DNA of 64,000 nt, taken from Verrucomicrobiota bacterium. Its GTDB lineage: Bacteria; Verrucomicrobiota; Verrucomicrobiia; Palsa-1439. Location of the stretch: the NCBI GenBank assembly GCA_003152315.1, contig PLZV01000022.1:65671-129670 (forward strand), written 5' to 3'. Made by a program: the position numbers and the translations under genes. The notes below the pieces were generated by a model. That model was given only the letters and a program-made list of their open reading frames with translations, was not told the DNA's origin and searched no databases. Below are positions 59,070 through 64,000 of this stretch, in pieces; position 1 is the stretch's first letter, and each line of letters starts with the position of its first letter.

Positions 59070-59840
59070 CTATCGGGTCGCCGCTTTGGAAGGGCGGGTC
59101 TTCGTGGGCTTCCCCACGAGCTCGCGCGCGGTCAAAGAGGTGTCGATATCCGGCACGCGGTAACGCAGCCAATGGATGGCGAAGCGCGCCAGTTCTTCGC
59201 CCGTCTTCAGATTCAGCTTCTCTTTGATGTGTTCCCGATGAGACGCCACTGTTTTGGAGCTGAGATGCAGACGGCGGGCGATTTCGTGGGTGGCATAGCC
59301 GTCGCCGATCAACTGGAAGACCTCCAACTCGCGGTTACTCAGTCGCTGGGCGAGGGAAGTGATCTTGCCCTCCGGCACGTTGCCCCCGATGCGGTTGACG
59401 ATCGAATCCCTGACCTTCTCGCTCAAATAGACCTGGCCGCGCAGCACCTGGCGGATCGCCTGCAACAGGATGGCCGTTTCCTGCTGCTTCATCACATAGC
59501 CCTTGGCGCCGGCGTGCAAGCTGCGTTCGGCATAGAGCGCCTCGTCGTGCATGGACAACACGAGCGTGGGCAGTTGCGGATAGCGTACTTTGACGTCCTT
59601 GATCAGTTCGATCCCATTGCCTTCGCCCAAGCCGATGTCCACGACGGCGATGTTGGGCCGCAACTTCTCGATCGCTGCCAGGGCGGCATGGGCATCCCGC
59701 GCCTGGCCGCAAACCTCCAGGTCCTGTTCCGCGTTGATCCGCTGGGCCAATCCCTCGCAAACGACCGGGTGATCGTCCACCAACAGAACTCGCTGCTTGA
59801 CGCCGACAGCTTCCAACTGTTTTCCCCGTGCGCTTTTCAT
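59070..59840 (-). CDS. NarL/FixJ-family response regulator (REC + LuxR HTH)
   Basis: VLLVDDHPVV (D-D), phospho-acceptor VVDIGLGEGNG region, LuxR HTH LSNRELEVFQLIGDGYATHEIARRLHLSSKTV; start MKSARG gives ATGA overlap with kinase gene. Confidence 0.85.
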   Translation of the reverse strand: MKSARGKQLEAVGVKQRVLLVDDHPVVCEGLAQRINAEQDLEVCGQARDAHAALAAIEKLRPNIAVVDIGLGEGNGIELIKDVKVRYPQLPTLVLSMHDEALYAERSLHAGAKGYVMKQQETAILLQAIRQVLRGQVYLSEKVRDSIVNRIGGNVPEGKITSLAQRLSNRELEVFQLIGDGYATHEIARRLHLSSKTVASHREHIKEKLNLKTGEELARFAIHWLRYRVPDIDTSLTARELVGKPTKTRPSKAATR

Positions 59841-61546
59841 TTTGGTCTTCGCACCCGAGCGGGCAGCGTGCAGCACATAATCGTCCCGCCTCCGCGGCAG
59901 GGGGCAAATTGAATCCGTGCGCCGATTGTGCGGGCGCGGCAATTCATGTTTTCGATACCCATTCCCCAGTCTTCGACGGAAACGTTGGACAACCCACGAC
60001 CGTTGTCGATAACGCTGAGGACAGTCCCCCGGCGTTTCCGGTGGAGGGAGACGCGGATCTCGGTGGCTTTCCCGTGAGTGATGCTATTGTGAATTGCCTC
60101 TTGCGTGATGCGGTAGAGATGGACGGCGGCGCCATGGTCCCGAATGCGGACACGGTGAGTGGATTCAAATCGGCAAGAAATGGAGAACATCGTCCCGATG
60201 GAAGACGCCAATTCCTCCAGTGCCGCGACCAGTCCCATGGTTCCCAGGTTCACCGGGTTGAGTCCGCGCGCGATCTGGCGTGCCTGCACGGCGGTCGCCC
60301 GCGACAGCTCGGCAATTCGCGCCGCCATGACCGCTTCCGCGGGGGATTGCTTCGCGAGCTTGCTGTGCAGGTTGCTGGCAATGTAAGCAATGCCAGCCAA
60401 CTGTTGGCACAGGCCATCATGCAAATCCCGCCCGATGCGCTGCTGTTCGCGTTCGCTAATTTCCAGCAACTGCCTCTCCGCGCGCCTCCGTCCCATCACC
60501 TGACCGATCTGGCTGCAGATGTCCTTGAGCAACTGCAGCAAATGTTTGTCAGGCGGCAACACGCGCCGGCTGAAAACGGTGATGACTCCAAGGACTTCCC
60601 GGTTCAATCGGATCGGGAACGCGAACACGGTTCGCAGGCCGTACTTGTCAGCCGCCCGCGTTCGGTGCGCGGCCGGCTGCTGGGAGATGTCGGCGATCCA
60701 GAGCGGCTTGTTGCTCGCCCAGACCGAACCGGGGATTCCTTCGCCGCGCGCAAAGCCCATGTCCCGCGTGGCCCGCTCGACTCGTGGCAGCCGTTGCGAC
60801 GCGGGATGCCAGGTCTGCGCACAGCGCAAGATGTTCGCCGCCGGATCGACAGTCCACAACTCGCCCCAGTCGCCACCCAGGTTTTCACAAATGGCCCGAA
60901 AAATCTTCGGACCGGCTTCGGTCAGAGTGTAGGATTCCGCCAGCGCCTGGGTAGTGGCTTGGTGCGCCCGCAACCGCTGCTGGGCGCGCCGCTTTTCGGT
61001 GACATCCTGAGCCAAGAGCAAAAACAGCCGCCTGCCTCGCAAGGGGATCACGGCTGCATCGATCTCGACGTCGATCAGGCTGCCGTCCTTTCGACGATGG
61101 CGAAAGACGTTGTCCTGCCCGTCAGTCGTGCCGCGTTGCGGCGAAGCCAATTCCTGGCAGAACGTTTTAAAACTTCCGAGGGACTCCGGCACGCTCAGGT
61201 CAGTCACCTTCATGCGGTGGAATTCGGATCGCGAGTACTTGTACTGGCGAACAGTCGCCTCATTCACGGCGAGAATGCGCAGCGTCTTGGCATCGCAGAC
61301 GAAGCGTGGTTGCGGAATCTTCACAAACAGCAGTCGATGCAGTTCCTCCGCTTCCCACAAGGTTTCGAGCGCCTCTTGAGTCCTGCTCAGAGCTTCGCCA
61401 ACCCACTCAAATCCTTGCTTTTCATCCAGGCGCTCGACACGCCCTCGATTCCTGCCAAAAGGAAGGATGGACGGGAGCTTCGGTTTCAATGCCGACACCG
61501 AGGCCGACCGCCTTGCATCCACTCGAATCAATTCGCCCGCCATCAC
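59837..61546 (-). CDS. Sensor histidine kinase with PAS and GAF domains (HisKA_3/HATPase_c)
   Basis: PAS-like segment, GAF (GIPGSVWAS...), H-box RIGRDLHDGLCQQL (HisKA_3), N/G1/G2 boxes ITHGKA...DNGRGL...GMGIENM. Confidence 0.85.
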   Translation of the reverse strand: MMAGELIRVDARRSASVSALKPKLPSILPFGRNRGRVERLDEKQGFEWVGEALSRTQEALETLWEAEELHRLLFVKIPQPRFVCDAKTLRILAVNEATVRQYKYSRSEFHRMKVTDLSVPESLGSFKTFCQELASPQRGTTDGQDNVFRHRRKDGSLIDVEIDAAVIPLRGRRLFLLLAQDVTEKRRAQQRLRAHQATTQALAESYTLTEAGPKIFRAICENLGGDWGELWTVDPAANILRCAQTWHPASQRLPRVERATRDMGFARGEGIPGSVWASNKPLWIADISQQPAAHRTRAADKYGLRTVFAFPIRLNREVLGVITVFSRRVLPPDKHLLQLLKDICSQIGQVMGRRRAERQLLEISEREQQRIGRDLHDGLCQQLAGIAYIASNLHSKLAKQSPAEAVMAARIAELSRATAVQARQIARGLNPVNLGTMGLVAALEELASSIGTMFSISCRFESTHRVRIRDHGAAVHLYRITQEAIHNSITHGKATEIRVSLHRKRRGTVLSVIDNGRGLSNVSVEDWGMGIENMNCRARTIGARIQFAPCRGGGTIMCCTLPARVRRPK

Positions 61547-61884
61547 TTTTCTCCAAGTACGCCATTAGCCTACCTGAGGTTACGCAGTTTGCAAGCCTAA
61601 TACGGCCTATGTTAGCCTGTGTGGCAGTAACATATTGGCTTGGGAGGGAGCAAACATTATAAGGGTTTTGGCCCTATTAGACGTTTGTTTCCGGTTCAGA
61701 ATCAGGGAAATGCGGGGCTTTTACAGGACCCTGCGTGCGCCAGGACTGGGGACGCGAGAAAAACGAGTGGGAAGATGAAGAGGGGATTCTGGGAGTCTTC
61801 GTTGCCGCCGGGGCGATTCCGCCAGACCCTGAGACTCCTGCCGGGATTGCGAAGAATACCGGGCCTAGTACAGCAAGGCCCTTC

Positions 61885-62286
61885 TTATCGCTTCGGTTTC
61901 GGCTGGTGATTATTGCCCGGAGACGGTCCCTGCAGATCGCGCAGGGAGACGATTCCCACCAGGTGCTTCTGCCGATTCTGCACGGGCAAACGGCTGAGCT
62001 GCCACTTCTGCATCAGGTCGGCGGCTTCGTTGACGTTTTGGCCTTCGCGACCGCAAATGGCTGGAAACATCATTACCTCCCGCACCTGACTGGTTCGCGG
62101 GTCACACCCTTCGGCCGTCGCCCGCACGGTAAGGTCCCGCGCGGTCAATAAACCCACGATTCTCCGGCCTTCACAAACTGGGAGCACACTAACGTTGTGA
62201 ACGCTCATCTTGCGTGCCGCCTCGTGCAATAGGGTGTCGGGGGCGACCACCTCGACGCTTCTCTTCATGACGTTCTTAACTTGCAT
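61885..62286 (-). CDS. CBS-pair domain protein
   Basis: Two CBS motifs (VSVLPV..GRRIVGLLTARDL; HLVGIVSLRDL). Confidence 0.75.
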   Translation of the reverse strand: MQVKNVMKRSVEVVAPDTLLHEAARKMSVHNVSVLPVCEGRRIVGLLTARDLTVRATAEGCDPRTSQVREVMMFPAICGREGQNVNEAADLMQKWQLSRLPVQNRQKHLVGIVSLRDLQGPSPGNNHQPKPKR

Positions 62287-63060
62287 GATGCCTCGTCAGC
62301 CGATGGTCGCTGGCGACGCGAGCAACGAGGCGGCCCATCATGCCGCTACGCATCTTTATCCAGCTTGGCATGCGGCTACTCTATCCTGCCCATTCGGGTC
62401 GGCACAATAGCCACCGGGCCGATTTGTACATCGGACGAATTCCCATACGCTCTCAGCCGATCTCCGAGTAGAAAACCGTCCTCCTACCGATTGTGGAGGG
62501 GCCCGCCATTGGCGTAATAAAGGGAGCGTAAGAACACTCATGAACAACGAGCCTACAGTAGTCGAAGAAAAGAAGGTCGGCCCAAGAATGACCGGGTCGG
62601 CCAGCCATCATCAGGCGGGAGGCGGTTGCCGCGTTGCGTTGCGCAACTCTTCCATTGATGAACATGAGTTTGTATTGAATGTGGTCGGATCAGGGGCATC
62701 AGCGGCGTTAGCGTCGGACTCTCCCCGTGCAATAAACTCGCTTCGTGACTTGTCGCTTCTCCAAGTGCAAGACACCCTCACCAAATTGCACAAACTCGCA
62801 CCGAGCTACCGCCAGTTGATGCCCCAACCACCCTCCTCGTCGCTCTTACCGACTTGGAATTGAGATCCATGAAACGCTTTCAACAATTCCCCAATGAATC
62901 AGCCAAAGTCGGGCAGATCCTGTTTTGGCTGTTTCCGTACGAACAGAGCACGTTTTGCCGTCGCTCGGCACGGGCACGCCGCGAAACCCGCGGTGCCGCC
63001 TATGTTCGCGCATATCAGGAGGCGCGCCAAATCAGTCGCGCCGGGGTCCGATAGACGCAA

Positions 63061-63310
63061 CCACGCGCAGGGGTAAGTCAAGGGAGCGCGTGGGGAGTCG
63101 TCAATCGACAGGGTGAACCTGATGTGAACACGGGCTGAAGCTGCCACCAAGGAAATCAGGGGGGTGGCAGCTCAAGCCGAAAAAAGATGTGCGTCGAGTC
63201 GTAAATCTGGAAGCTGCAGCTGGCGTCAGGGAAAAAAGGGATCGGCCAGCCGCAGCTTCAGAAACATAGGCCGGAACTGCCACTAGGGAAAAGGGAGTGG
63301 CAGCTTCAGT
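63061..63310 (+). ncRNA. Candidate structured RNA / regulatory leader: four tandem hairpins with GGGA-rich loops
   Basis: Hairpins at 63061-93 (8 bp), 63137-73 (10 bp), 63210-59 (14 bp, 1 mismatch), 63274-307 (8-11 bp); loops contain AGGGG/AAGGGA, AAGGAAAUCAGGGG, CAGGGAAAAAAGGGA, UAGGGAAAAGGGA; spacers share GTCGAGTCG motif; strand inferred from GGA orientation only. Confidence 0.3.
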
Positions 63311-63417
63311 CGATAAAAATGAAAGTCTGTCGAGTCGTTCGTCGACAAGCGTAAACGGAAGCATCACGCCTAGACAAATGTCTCTTACGTTAGCCGGGGC
63401 TTTAAGGGTAATCGGGT

Positions 63418-64000
63418 ATGAAAACAGTTGTGCGGGGCCTCGTCGCCTTGGCCTTATTTATCGTCGGCAACGCCGCTCATGGTTTGACCTACACCGCAAC
63501 CAATAAGACGCTGAGTGCCTCGGCCACATTCGCCATCTCCGACCTGAAGCTGGTCATCACGCTATCGAATACCGCCACGAACGACCCGGACAAGAGCGCG
63601 GAAATCCTCACCGGGATCTTTTTCACGCTGGCCGGAGATCCGTCGCTTACTCCGGCTTCGGCATTTCTCGGCACTGACACGGCGATCAAAGTTCGTCCCG
63701 GAGTGAGCGGTCCCGGTATGAACGTTGGCGGCGAGTGGGCTTATCGCAACGATGTGACTGGCCTGCCGCATGGAGCCAACGAGGGCATCTCCAGTACAAC
63801 CCTGAACAAATTCAACCAGCACTTCCGTTTCCCCGGCCCAAACCTTCAGGGACCAGCCGCACCCAGCGGTGTGCAATACGGGGTCACGACGGATTTCGAT
63901 AACCTGGGCAATGACAAGAGTAGTATCAAGCATCAACAGCTCATCGAGAATACGGTCATCTTCACGCTGGGCGGATTACCCACAAATTTCACGCTCGCGG
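63418..64000 (+). CDS. Secreted protein, 3'-truncated by window end (possible PEP-CTERM-type surface protein)
   Basis: ATG at 63418 with AAGGG SD; signal peptide MKTVVRGLVALALFIVGNAAHG; Thr/Asn/Gly-rich beta-rich mature region; ORF open to window end. Confidence 0.55.
   Translation, partial: MKTVVRGLVALALFIVGNAAHGLTYTATNKTLSASATFAISDLKLVITLSNTATNDPDKSAEILTGIFFTLAGDPSLTPASAFLGTDTAIKVRPGVSGPGMNVGGEWAYRNDVTGLPHGANEGISSTTLNKFNQHFRFPGPNLQGPAAPSGVQYGVTTDFDNLGNDKSSIKHQQLIENTVIFTLGGLPTNFTLA

Noticed and set aside
58755-61600. Long plus-strand ORFs (385 and 590 aa) across the response-regulator and kinase genes
   Set aside because: Opposite-strand shadows of the minus-strand two-component genes, which carry unambiguous REC/HTH and H-box/ATPase motifs; plus-strand translations are Arg/Pro/Gly-rich without domains.

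Overview
High-GC (~60%) bacterial chromosomal segment; gene content (abundant prepilin-type pseudopilin, FloA/NfeD, PEP-CTERM-style EPS genes) suggests a Verrucomicrobia- or Acidobacteria-like organism. Positions ~937-50086 are one ~49 kb array of ~46 tightly packed, often start/stop-overlapping genes, all on the minus strand. This array is a surface-polysaccharide (EPS/O-antigen-like) biosynthesis and export locus, running 5'->3' on the minus strand as follows.
- Export and regulation: outer-membrane beta-barrel, Wza-like exporter, Wzc-like chain-length determinant/tyrosine kinase, and a NusG-family antiterminator paralog.
- Polyol-phosphate module: TagF-like CDP-alditol phosphotransferase plus an IspD/TarI-like cytidylyltransferase.
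- CDP-hexose module: two RfbF paralogs, an RmlC-like epimerase, a TylC3-type C-methyltransferase-family protein, a reductase and a PIG-L deacetylase.
- Transferases and transport: many GT2/GT4/GT-A glycosyltransferases (including three tandem paralogs and a GNT-I-like pair), ABC exporter Wzm/Wzt, and a Wzy/ligase-like membrane protein.
- Decoration: an acetyltransferase, three SAM methyltransferases (one FkbM), an AsnB-like amidotransferase and a NodU/CmcH carbamoyltransferase.
- Precursor and initiation: GDP-fucose synthesis (gmd, fcl) and a WecA/MraY-family initiating transferase with a fused C-terminal domain.
Downstream (50.4-62.3 kb) lie mtnP, a pseudopilin, a floA-nfeD operon, a PstS-like binding protein, a TPR protein, a truncated SRAP (MCGRY) gene remnant, a NarL-type two-component system (PAS-GAF kinase) and a CBS protein. 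The last ~1 kb before a 3'-truncated secreted-protein gene contains four tandem hairpins with GGGA-rich loops, a candidate CsrA/Rsm-type RNA element. No rRNA, tRNA, CRISPR or mobile elements were recognised. All assignments rest on by-eye motif recognition.
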